Shown here piece after piece: positions 17,467 to 28,589 of a stretch of 64,000 nt of DNA; the stretch's first letter is position 1, and the number at the start of each line of letters is the position of its first letter. This stretch comes from Octopus vulgaris (Eukaryota). The notes under the pieces were generated by a model. It saw only the letters and a program-made list of their open reading frames with translations. It did no database searches and had not been told where the DNA came from. Made by a program: the position numbers and the translations under genes. The stretch spans positions 2,666,001 to 2,730,000 of the forward strand of contig OX597821.1 in NCBI GenBank assembly GCA_951406725.2, written 5' to 3'.

Positions 17467-18376
17467 TCTTCATGATCTCTGACAACTATATCTGGTCTGT
17501 TGGCCTTAATTTCTCTATCTGTGTGTATCGGCATATCCCAGAGTATGGTTGCTTTCTCGTTTTCTGTGACCTTTTCTGGTGTGTGCCTATACCATCTAAT
17601 GGGGATGTCTTTGGTTTTCATGAGTCCCTCTTTTGTTTGGAGGTGTAGGACTGTTTGCCATTTATTCATAGAGTGCTCTATGAATTTTATGATTGTTGTT
17701 GCTACTTTGTTAATGGCTAGTGTTTCGAGGATCCATGTGTGGGGGATGCTATCAAACGCCTTTTTGTAGTCAATCCAGGCCATACTGAGGCCTTTCTTCT
17801 TTCTGTGGCTGTCTTCAGTTATGGCTTTATTAATCATTAGTTGATCTTTACAGCCATATGAGCCTTTGCGGCATCCTTTCTGCTCTTCTGGGAACAGTTT
17901 GTTTTCGTCCAGGTGCTTGTTCAGCCTTTGTGATATCACTGCAGTAAATGCCTTGAACATAGTAGGGAGGCAGGTTATTGGTCTGTAGTTTTCTGGTTTT
18001 TCTGTTTCATTTGATTTGGGAATTAAGATGGTTTTCCCCTTCGTGAGCCATTCAGGCATCGTCTCTGGCTCTGCTAGTACTTTGTTAAAGTTTTCCGCCA
18101 GCTTTTTGTGCATTCCTGTTAGATATTTCAACCAGAAGTTGGGGATCTTGTCATGCCCAGGTGCCTTCCAGTTGCTTAGTCTTTGCAGTGCCTGGGTGAC
18201 CTCTTCAGTTGTTATGGGGGTCCAAAGTTGTTCAGATGCCGAGTTTGTTATTCTGATACTCCTTTTATTTGGTGGTTCGTTCGCCGACCATATTTCTCCC
18301 CAGAATTCTTCCAATTCTTCTGCCGTTGGTGCTGCAGTGACTTCTATTTTATTTTTTCTCAGTTCTTGGTAGAACT
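17467..18376 (-). mobile_element. Internally deleted fragment of the R4/Dong element found at 33512-37526
   Basis: ORF 17409-18314 (WKAPGHDKIPNFWLK, NYRPITCLPT, WIDYKKAFDS, then WYRHTP...RPDIVV) closely matches 35025-35804 joined to 37021-37150. Confidence 0.92.
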
Positions 18377-18509
18377 GTTAGGGAAACAAGAAAACCAAGA
18401 TACATCATAGACCGAAGACGTTAAGATCGATGCTTGGCTGTGCAACGAAAGCATACGATAATAATGATCTTGTTAACAAGAACCACAGCAGAGTAGAGGC
18501 GAAATGACC

Positions 18510-18690
18510 CTGGGGCTAGAGCAGCGGACTCGCGGTCGAAAGAAAGCGGTTTCGATTCCAAGACCAGGCATTGTGAGTGTTTATTGAGCAAAAAAAACCT
18601 AAACTCCACGAGGCTCCGGCGGGGAATGGTAGTGAGCCCCGCTGTACTCTTTCACAACAACTTTCTCTCACTCTTTCTTCCTACTTCTGC
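18510..18690 (+). mobile_element. Partial tRNA-derived SINE (family C)
   Basis: Homologous to the minus copy at 30210-30489 (AGAGCAGCG.ACTCGCGGTCG...CAACTTTCTCTCACTCTTTC). Confidence 0.7.
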
Positions 18691-18971
18691 CACAAAGCAG
18701 AGGAACCATGGTGTAACCCTCTATGGTGTGGTAAACTTTCAGACCCTAATCTAGATTGCGAATCCTCCTTACCCTAGGATGGTTCAGCTCTTCACCCGTT
18801 AAAAGCCACCGTTTACGGAATGAGGATATCAACGTAACTTTCGCCCCCGTGCAACCACCAGTCTATCGGGTGTGGTGGGGGGATCTTCATGTTGCCACAC
18901 GCATTCTTAGCAGCTTAGAGTAGGCTCGAATTAGAAATTATTCTTTGTGGCTAATGGCGTGAGTCCTGATT

Positions 18972-19590
18972 AGAAGAAGGAGAAGAAAAAGAAGAAGAAG
19001 AAGAAGAAGAAGAAGAAGGAGGAGGAGAAGATATAGAAGAAGAAGGAGGAGGAGAAGATATAGAAGAAGAAGAAGAAGAAGAAGAAGAAGAAGAAGAAGA
19101 AGAAGAAGAAATAGAAGAAGAAATAGAAGAAGAAGAAGAAATAGAAGAAGAAGAAATAGAAGAAGAAGAAGAAGAAGAAGAAGAAGAAGAAGAAGAAGAA
19201 TTGGAAGAAGAAGAAGAAGAAGAAGAAGGAGAAAGAGAAGGAGAGGAAGAAGAAGAAGGAGGAGAAGGAGAAGGAGAAGGAGAAGGAGAAGAAGAAGGAG
19301 GATGAAGAAGAAGAAGAAGAAGTGGAAGAAGAAGAAAAAGTATGAGAATGAGAAGAAGAGGAGGAGAAGGAGAAGGAGAAGGAGAAGAAGAAGGATGAAG
19401 AAGAAAAAGAAGAAGAAGAAGAAGTGGAAGAAGAAGAAAAAGTATGAGAATGAGAAGAAGAGGAGGAGAAGAAGAAGAAGAAGAAGAAGAAGAAGAAGAA
19501 GAAGAAGAAGAAGAAGAAAAAGAAGAAGAGGAAGAAAAAGAAGAAAAAGAAGAAAAAGAAGAAAAAAGAAGACAAAGAAGAAGATGAAGA
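18972..19590 (+). repeat. Complex (GAA/GGA)n purine-rich array
   Basis: Direct reading; contains duplicated sub-blocks. Confidence 0.95.
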
Positions 19591-20274
19591 AGACCAAGAC
19601 CACTGCAGAAACAACAATAGCAAAAACAATAGCAAATTGTTAATTTAAAAAATAGTATTTATTATGGATATTGTTGAAAGAATCTAAGTGTTAATGAAAT
19701 GCTTTGATGGTTTTGGTGTATTTTCTTTAATACGATGCAGTAGTTTTTCAGTTAAAAGCATCTCTGTTGAATAGAGAAAAGTTTTCTGCCAAAGAACGTT
19801 CGTGTCATTTATAGAATTGTATATATGTTTAGAGTTAACGCTAACATTGAATAAGTTCATTAACTTAAAGGCTGTAAAGGTCACGATGCTAAAAATATAG
19901 GTCACTGCCAAGAGAAAGGAAAGAGCATTCTTTACATGAATATTTCAATCGAAGAATTTGAAGGTCAACCCAAATCTTTCCGTTCCAAATATACGAATTA
20001 CTTATTCTCTAAACAATTGTATTTTCCTCCAACAACGACGCGAATTCTTCAACATTTACTTAAATATTCTTACACCAAAACTTCTGTAAATGCATTGAAT
20101 ACACTTCGTCGTTGACGGCGCCATGGAACCGAATTGTATTTAATGTTGTTTCCCCACTTACATAATATGCGCTAATAATGTTACTCATTAATTAAAATTG
20201 CGTTTACTTAACTTCGCCCCGGCAGAATTATTTTTGTTTAGCGTCTTAATGCTACTTGAATGATATTTGCTTAC

Positions 20275-20432
20275 CTGAGACGGTATCGATGTGTTATATA
20301 ATGAAAACCATCCGATTGAAAACTCAAACCAGTTACACAATATTCTATACGTATTTAGTGATTGTTTCACTAATACATCATCGATCATAATAAGATCATA
20401 GTAAAGCTGAAGCATGTCAATTCTTGCCTCCT
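20275..20432 (-). other. Candidate internal exon (158 bp) of an unknown minus-strand transcript
   Basis: Pyrimidine-rich acceptor TTTCTTTCTTTACACCCAACACAG and donor CAG|GTAAGC; one frame open (EARIDMLQLYYDLIMIDD...IPSQ); no recognised homology. Confidence 0.25.
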
Positions 20433-20886
20433 CTGTGTTGGGTGTAAAGAAAGAAACAAATGAATTATGTAGGGAAATTATTCTGACAATATATACAACT
20501 TTGAAGTCATCTTTATAATTGCTCTGTGTGTATTAAACACATTGATATAAACTTTATCATTACTATATATACATACATACATACATGCACACGCATACAT
20601 ACACACAAACATAATATAAATAATATATAAATATATGCATATATACATACCTATATGCACATACCTATATATATATATATGTATATATACATGCATATAT
20701 GGATACAGGACATAAAAACACGTTGAACATAATGGGAAACGAGAGAAAAAAACAAATTATAGAAGTGAACTTTTTTTGAACAATGAAAACACCCCAGAGA
20801 AACGAGACATATAACAGAAAGACTATTCCCCTTCTTCAGTTTTCCCTGTTTCATCTACTCCACGTTTCGAAGGCATTCATACATAC

Positions 20887-21962
20887 ATTGGAAGGCAGCT
20901 TGAAAGGCTCCATGGGCATCATTCTTTGCCTGTTAACCTGGAATATACGCTCAAAATGTCGCACTACTCTACCGCAACGTATCATCAGGTGAAAGAATTA
21001 GTCAATATGAGCATAACAGTATGCAGGGATATTTTAGCAGAAAGTTCCGGATTACTATCTTCGACTTTGAAGGGTATGCGTTCAAAATCCAGGAACAGGA
21101 AATATCAATGAACTACTTCATGCACAGAAGAGGCAGATATGCAGGAAAAGCAGTAAAATATTACAACCGATGCAGATTTAATGGGGTAAACACCGATGAT
21201 ATCAGCCACATCTTAAGCAGTTGTCCGAAAATGTCATTACGGTATAATCTAGCGATGGGACGTGATGTTGTAGCTAGGAGACTCTATAATGAAATCCGTA
21301 GTAAAGATAGTTCCGTGAACAAAGAAATAAGAACCCACAGTATGGTAGGTGCCATAGCCATTCATAATAAAAAGGAGTACTGATGGAATGTGCCAATGAA
21401 GTCCTCAATAAAATGTAAGGACAACAGACTTGATTTAATTATTTAGGAAAGAGAAGAGAAACAGTTGTAGAAATTAGGCTTCTCAATACCAGAAAGAAGA
21501 AGGCTAATTGGAAAACTACAGTCCCAATCCATCACTGGTACTATAAAGATCTGTGAAACTTTCCAGAAGTTTATCATTTACATATTATATGAGCATTTCT
21601 AGATATGTAGCTATATGTATGAGAATACATATATAAAGCAAAGCACACAAATTCTGCACATATACTTACATACATACATACCTACATACATACATACATA
21701 CATACATACATACATACATGCATACATATAGACATGCATACATATAGACATGCATGCAACAAAACATACAAATATGCCCATATACATACACGCATACATA
21801 CATACATACATACATACATACATACATACATACATACATACATACATACATACAAAAATTCCCTGTTGTTGATGTTGAAATTCTAATGAAGGCGTTTCGG
21901 ATCTAGGTTAGAAACCGCTCTTTCTCTATTGGCAAGAGATCTTGAAATGAAACTGAACAATG
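20887..21962 (+). mobile_element. 5'-truncated RLE-type LINE, TACA-associated family
   Basis: ORF 21021-21383 EGYAFKIQEQEI...CRFNG...DDISHILSSCP; colinear with 3836-5155; flanked by CATACATACA on both sides. Confidence 0.8.
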
Positions 21963-22149
21963 ACATACATACAAGCATAATCACGATGTCTGGGACTATA
22001 AAAATTTGCTTGGCCTTACGATTTAAAGGTTGGCAGTTAAATCAAGATACTTTCTTTCATAACCTCGCTACCGAGTCGGAGGTCAGTATAAATTTACTGT
22101 AAATTAACAAGAGAAAAAGAAGACATACGTTCATTCATACATGCATACA

Positions 22150-22479
22150 AAGTGAGGGCGCGTGGCTTAGTGGTTAGGGCATTCGGCTCATGATCGTAAG
22201 GTTGTGAGTTCGATTCCCGGCGACGCGTTGTGTCCTTGAGCAAGACACTTTATTTCACGTTGCTCCAGTCCACTCAGCTGGCAAAAATGAGTTGTACTTG
22301 TATTTCAAAGGGTCAGCCTTGTCACTCTCTGTGTCACGCTGATTATCCCCGAGAACTACGTTAAGGGTACACGTGTCTGTGTAATGCTCAGCCATGTGCA
22401 CGTTAATTTCACGAGCATGCTGTTCCGTTGATCGTATCAGCTGGGACCCTCGTTGTCGTAACCGGCGGAGTCTTTAAGA
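22150..22479 (+). mobile_element. Full-length tRNA-derived SINE (family D) with target-site duplication
   Basis: A box TGGCTTAGTGG, B box GAGTTCGATTCCC, central TTGTGTCCTTGAGCAAGACACTT motif; 11-bp TSD ACATGCATACA at 22139-22149 and 22480-22490. Confidence 0.88.
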
Positions 22480-22868
22480 ACATGCATACACAAGCACATG
22501 CATATATACATATAATAGAGAATCGTGGGAAAAATAGAACGTTAATGGCGAATTAATGCAGAAGCTACAGGTCAAGTACTCTGAATATGAATTCTCATTT
22601 GTACATATCATCAGAGATGCATTAGGTCATGTACCAACAATTTTCCACAAAAACCTAGAAATACCTGGTTATTAATAAAGACATGCATACACGCTCTATC
22701 TGTTGCGATATAGCACATATTTGAAATGCGGGTGATACTTGTTTCCATTCGACGCAAAATATAAATGGTATAATTGCTGCCTGCGGATACCATTCAATAA
22801 CAAATGTATACACACAGTCACGCACGGCCACTCTCACACACGCAAACGCACACTCACACATATATGTC

Positions 22869-22923
<55 letters not shown>

Positions 22924-22959
22924 TAAACACACACTAGCGCGCACATACACATATATAAG

Positions 22960-23253
22960 GATCTTATCAAGTGGCTAACAAGGGAATAAAAGTCTTCAAA
23001 AGGTAAAAATTATTATTAAAATTATAATTACGGGTATCTAAGAGATACCACTACGCTGGAAATAGCAGCCAAAACTTGACTCTAAATCCGCATTAAATGT
23101 TGTGCTGTATGAAACATTTAATGTGGTTTTAGAGACAAGTTTTGGCTGCCATTTCCAGCGTGGTGATATCTCTTAGATACCCTAAATTATATTTTTAATA
23201 ATGATTATTATCTTTGAAGGTTTTTATTCTCACGCTGACCACTTGATAAGATC
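22960..23253. repeat. ~294-bp imperfect palindrome
   Basis: GATCTTATCAAGTGG...GGGTATCTAAGAGATA...CATTAAATGTT mirrored by AACATTTAATG...TATCTCTTAGATACCC...CCACTTGATAAGATC; related copy at 31020-31220. Confidence 0.9.
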
Positions 23254-23879
23254 GATATTTAAATAATCTATCTTAACCTTATATATAGATATATATCTGT
23301 GAGCAAGATTAGTCGAAAGGAGATGTACACATCCATAATTTGCTATTTAGTTATTTGCAGGATCCTTCCCTTGAGCCTACACACGTTTCGTTCTACTGCT
23401 ATGTGTGCATCTTGGTCGGTGCACTTCTTCAGGGTCCTTTGTTTGATGCGTATGAATGTATATATGTTTGTATGTATTGTATATATTGTATATTTATTCT
23501 TTTGCTCTTCTACTTGTTTCATTCATTTGATTGCGGCCATGATAGAGCACTACTTTAGAGTTTCATAGTCGAAAAAATATATACCAGGAAAATTTACTCA
23601 AACTTAGTACTGATCCTATCGGTGGCCTCAAACACGACAACACTGATATTGAAGCGATGAGAGGGGAGGGACAAAGAAAGAAACAAAGGCACGCAGACTC
23701 AGATACACACACACAGATACACACACACATACATTACAATAATCTCTATTAACGCGGCAAAAACTGCGTACACCGGTTTGGAGTTTTATTTTTAGGTATC
23801 AATGCTGGTGTTCTACAAGAAAACTCTATGAGGAAAAAGGTGATGTGTCTTCTCTGCATGACATAAGTCTGTAGATAGT

Positions 23880-24230
23880 TAGTTAGTAAGTACCTAGGAA
23901 TCAACATTGCTTAAAAAAACGAATGACCTCCAGCCAAATATTGCTAAAATAACGACTGCTCTGGGCATATTCGATATATGGAATACGTTCCTTGCAGGAA
24001 CCATCAAGAAAAGCTCCTTAATATCAGCAGTTGAATCAGTATCTCTTAACATTCCATTAGCTTTAACACTGAACAAGACACTTGCTCAGGCTTGGAGTTA
24101 CACGATCCTATCAGTCTTTCGTGGTAGCATCACCCTTCTAAGCAGTGAAGGTGTAACCGTCTTTCTAACATCTCGGTAATCAGATGAAGAATACTGACTG
24201 CAAAACAGATATTGTCCGTGATGCAAGAAT
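23880..24230 (+). pseudogene. Degraded RTE-like LINE, RT C-terminal region
   Basis: Hand translation VSKYLGINI (thumb KYLG), then IAKITTAL...IWN...IKKSSLISAVESVSL...TLNKTL, resembling the RTE-clade post-RT region. Confidence 0.45.
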
Positions 24231-24834
24231 AAAATATACCAGGGAACTCGTTCACGTTATATGAAAAAGGAGCGTTGGTCCATTAAAGTCTCCTTATCGG
24301 ATACACATGGAAATATTATTCTACGATCGACTTCAAACTTCGTCCTATATATATTGTCCTCAATATAATAATCAGAAAAATATTTTTCAAATATCAAATA
24401 TCTTCGTAGCCCTATTTCCTAGATGTGAATGTCATTATGATAATCATAAATATAATAATAAGCATTACGTTTATGCATGTTCTTATTTCTGTTATAAGGT
24501 TTTTATATATACAATATATGCTTTCAGAATTACATGCGCAGAAGGAGAAAGAGAGTGCGAGAGAGGGAGGGAGAGGGAGACAGAGACTGTGAGATAGAGA
24601 AAGAGAGAGCGATAGAGAAGGGAGAGATCAATAAGATTCATAAGATTGCTGCACTTCGAATAAATTATCGAATAATGATTTTTTTTTCCAATTTGCCAAC
24701 AGCAAAATTCTATTTCTATGACTTATATTCCAGCCTCCTCCAGGTACAAACGCGTGCAGATACACACGCACACATACATACATCTACATATATGTATGTA
24801 GGTATATGAATAGATTTATAAATGAATGTGTATG

Positions 24835-24892
<58 letters not shown>

Positions 24893-25051
24893 TATAGAGA
24901 GAGAGACGTTCTTCCATTCTTCCAATACGTTTACATATATGCATATTATATATATGTATATATACATACATACATATATATATATATATCGATATGAGAA
25001 AAAATTTTGTGCATATGCGTGTAATATAGTCTATCTCTATCCCACACTGTT

Positions 25052-25132
<81 letters not shown>

Positions 25133-25359
25133 ACAGATGCATCTATTTGTATATTTGAAGTGAATATACACAATGAAGAAGAATAATGTAGAGGGAGGGA
25201 AAATCTATTAGCATTCTAATGCCATGCTTTCTCGATATCGACATTTTCAAACTTACACGTGAACGAGTAGTATATAGCATATACATAATCCCCACACGGA
25301 TACAAATGTATACACACACGAATATCCATATGTACAAGCTAATGCATATATATATATAC

Positions 25360-25438
<79 letters not shown>

Positions 25439-26149
25439 TAGCTAACTTCTACAACACCCTCCTGCACAGCCACACAAGGAAACATCTATCTGCATACCAG
25501 TTTATGAAATATTATATTTATATGTGTAGTGTGTGCATAGATATGTATGTATTCGTTTGTGTGTATGTCTCTGACAAAGATACATATGTGAATAAGCAAA
25601 CTCACTGAATCTATTAATGTATCTTAATGTCGTTTTCTTGTTTGCTTTATTTTCGCATTATTTCCGAAAAAAAAAAAACTAACATGAAAACCTGCCTGGA
25701 AATATCTTCCTGACAATTGTTCGTTAGTCAATGCAATAAATCAATAGATAAATACCTTGTGTTAAAAACTTTCTACCTTAATATGATGCGTGAAATCGAA
25801 GAGGTGTTGTGAATATGTATTTAGATGAAAATTCATTTTATTTCAATAGCGGTTGTGAATAATCTATCAAGATTCATTTGCAAGTCATTTGCATTTTTGA
25901 GAAGTGCCCTTACATAATTAAGAAACCTCAACTTCTAATAGAAGTCGGCAATTATAATATATATAACGTTTAGCAAATTATAACGCAATACTCAAAGAAT
26001 GGCGCAAAATACATCAGTTATTTGGATTTCCTTTGTAAGCTGATTATATATTAATGTATTTCTAGATACCTTTCGGTCTGTCTATCTCTCTCTCTGTCTG
26101 TGTGCAGCCCTGTGTGGCTAATAAAGAAACATATTTATCTCTCTCTCTC

Positions 26150-26264
<115 letters not shown>

Positions 26265-26412
26265 GTTTGTGTGCGTGAGTATGCATATAATATATATATA
26301 TATATCCTTAAATCCTTACTGTTTCAGCCCGAGGGCTGCGGCCATGCTGGGGCATCTCGTTCGCTCGCCCTCTATGTCCGACTGTGCAAATATTCATACA
26401 TACATACATACA

Positions 26413-26564
<152 letters not shown>

Positions 26565-26584
26565 CCACAGGATATCAAGAAAGC

Positions 26585-26788
26585 ATGCAGTACGACCGTT
26601 TTAAGCGACTCCATATAATTGAACAATGCCTTCATTACATCAATTAAAATGCAGGGTTATCGTCGGCTGCACAAATAAAATCAATAAAATTTTAACGTCG
26701 GATACATTAATATGATTTTACTCAAATATTTGATGTAATGATTGCATTGTTCAATTAAATGAAACTGCGTGAAACGGTCGTACTGCAT
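26585..26788. repeat. Imperfect inverted repeat between (TA)n tracts
   Basis: ATGCAGTACGACCGTTT (26585-26601) / AAACGGTCGTACTGCAT (26772-26788), extending inward to CATTACATCAA / TTGATGTAATG. Confidence 0.85.
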
Positions 26789-26872
26789 CACTTTCGTTGG
26801 TTATTTTGACTGAGCGGATAATACCGAGCTCACTTCTTGCTACACCTTTAGTACTTAATTCAACGGAATCTC

Positions 26873-26927
<55 letters not shown>

Positions 26928-26934
26928 ATGTATG

Positions 26935-27034
<100 letters not shown>

Positions 27035-27049
27035 CATATATATTTATAT

Positions 27050-27395
27050 ATAGAGGGCATTATTATACATACATGCCTCACGCTAAGAGGGACATCAGTC
27101 ATTCCTACCCAAAACTTTTACTAATCATACCCAATGCAATTTTCAAAGCAAGACATTTAAAAAATGAATTTAGTCTTGTATCACCTGTGATTTCGTACTT
27201 ACCGCAGAGTTGCGACCGTACTCATCAGCAAGACTGATTCTGAATATATCATAAATAAACGACCTGTACCGTCGAAGTCGAACAGCCATCTGCTCTCTCC
27301 AAACGAAGCACATGGAGAAGAGGTTTTTCACGCTATCTACCTGATAATTTCTTGTTAAGATTCCTTATTAAGACGTTATCCTTAATTGTTAAATT
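27050..27395 (-). mobile_element. Non-coding HHR-bearing repeat (Penelope-like pLTR remnant) between (TA)n tracts
   Basis: Homologous to 56567-57208; carries a hammerhead motif; bounded by (TA)n on both sides. Confidence 0.65.
27172..27235 (-). ncRNA. Type I hammerhead ribozyme, canonical core
   Basis: Minus strand: AGTCTTG-CTGATGA-GTAC..(CGCA actc TGCG)..GTAC-GAAA-TCAC AG GTGA-TA^CAAGACT; 7-bp stem I, stems II and III paired, AUA cleavage triplet. Confidence 0.88.
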
Positions 27396-27457
<62 letters not shown>

Positions 27458-27529
27458 TATATATATAATCACACACATATATATGTGTATACATGGAGTT
27501 GAACACAGATGTTATTCAAATTCTTTTAA

Positions 27530-27613
27530 TTTCGACATATGTTTCGAAGACAACATTGGTTTTATTCCAAAGGAATAAACGTTGTAAAATAATATAATCT
27601 TCTCACCAGGAAA
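27530..27613 (-). ncRNA. Type I hammerhead ribozyme with A6G change
   Basis: Minus strand: TTTC-CTGGTGA-GAAGA...TCTTC-GAAA-CATATG-TC^GAAA; palindromic stem III ACATATGT, GUC triplet. Confidence 0.7.
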
Positions 27614-28177
27614 GAAAGAGACCCTATCTCAATAACAAAACATTATAACTATTTAGATGACTGCATAAATGATAAAGATAAAGCTATTAACTATTTTTTT
27701 TAAAAAACCGTCAGTAGATCTGATGTCAAAGGCAGACCCTAGGAAGAGAATGGATAAAGAAATAATAAGTAGAGAACAAATAAAGAAGGTTATATTGGTT
27801 GAAAAAAGTTGAAAGGCTTGGAAGTAGATTTCTCCATTGAAGTAAAGTGCAAGGTGAACTAAAGTTTCAAACTATACTGACTGGTATAAATCACTTATAT
27901 GAGCTAAAAGTATGTTTCTGCCAGTGCTTACATTTGTAAGATTGCTCTATAAGTGTTTTAACAAGGTGATTCTTAGAGAAGAGGATATGGAAGAGTTCAG
28001 AGTTGCAAATGTTACAAAATTTTACTGCACATTAACACGGAGTTTCTACCTTTGAATAGGTCGCTACATCCTTGTCACTTGCGTGAATTTTGCTGCCCTG
28101 GTAACTGTTTAGTGAAATTTCCGTGTTAACTGTCAACAAAGAGTAATTCATTCATCCAAATTATTGTATATATATAT

Positions 28178-28487
28178 GAAGAAAATAAGACAAGGTTAAA
28201 AAATGATAAAATTGTTTTATCATTAAGAACATTTTAGTACCGGTTTCAGTATTTGGGACTTATTCAACTTAGATAAACATGATAAACATGATCACCAAAA
28301 AGAATATACTTGTGGAAAAATTAAATGAAATGTTTTTTAAAATGTTTCCATTTCATTTAATTTTTCCACAATTTCATTGTTTTTCATGCTTTACTCTGAG
28401 TTGAATAAGTCCCAGACACTGAAACCGGTACTAAAATGGTCTTCATAATAAAGTTATTTTAGCATTTTCTACCTCATCTTCTTTTCC
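28178..28487. repeat. ~310-bp imperfect palindrome with HHR-like motif in both arms
   Basis: CATTTTAGTACCGGTTTCAGT...GGGACTTATTCAACT mirrored by AGTTGAATAAGTCCC...ACTGAAACCGGTACTAAAATG. Confidence 0.88.
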
Positions 28488-28526
28488 TTATTACATATCA
28501 TCAATTAGTGTGTCCTTTCCAACATA

Positions 28527-28589
<63 letters not shown>

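Noticed and set aside
18938-19643. Poly-L/F/S and K/R-rich ORFs of 113-221 aa
   Set aside because: Frames of the GAA array.
20820-20875. GAAA...TA...CTGAAGA arrangement on minus (similar at 42910-42950 on plus), suggesting a permuted hammerhead
   Set aside because: Stems I and II do not pair in register in either copy.
22154-22225. tRNA-like sequence with A and B boxes (also 30415-30489 and 62875-62945)
   Set aside because: No complete cloverleaf evident; each continues into a SINE body with a TSD or tail, so these are SINE heads rather than tRNA genes.
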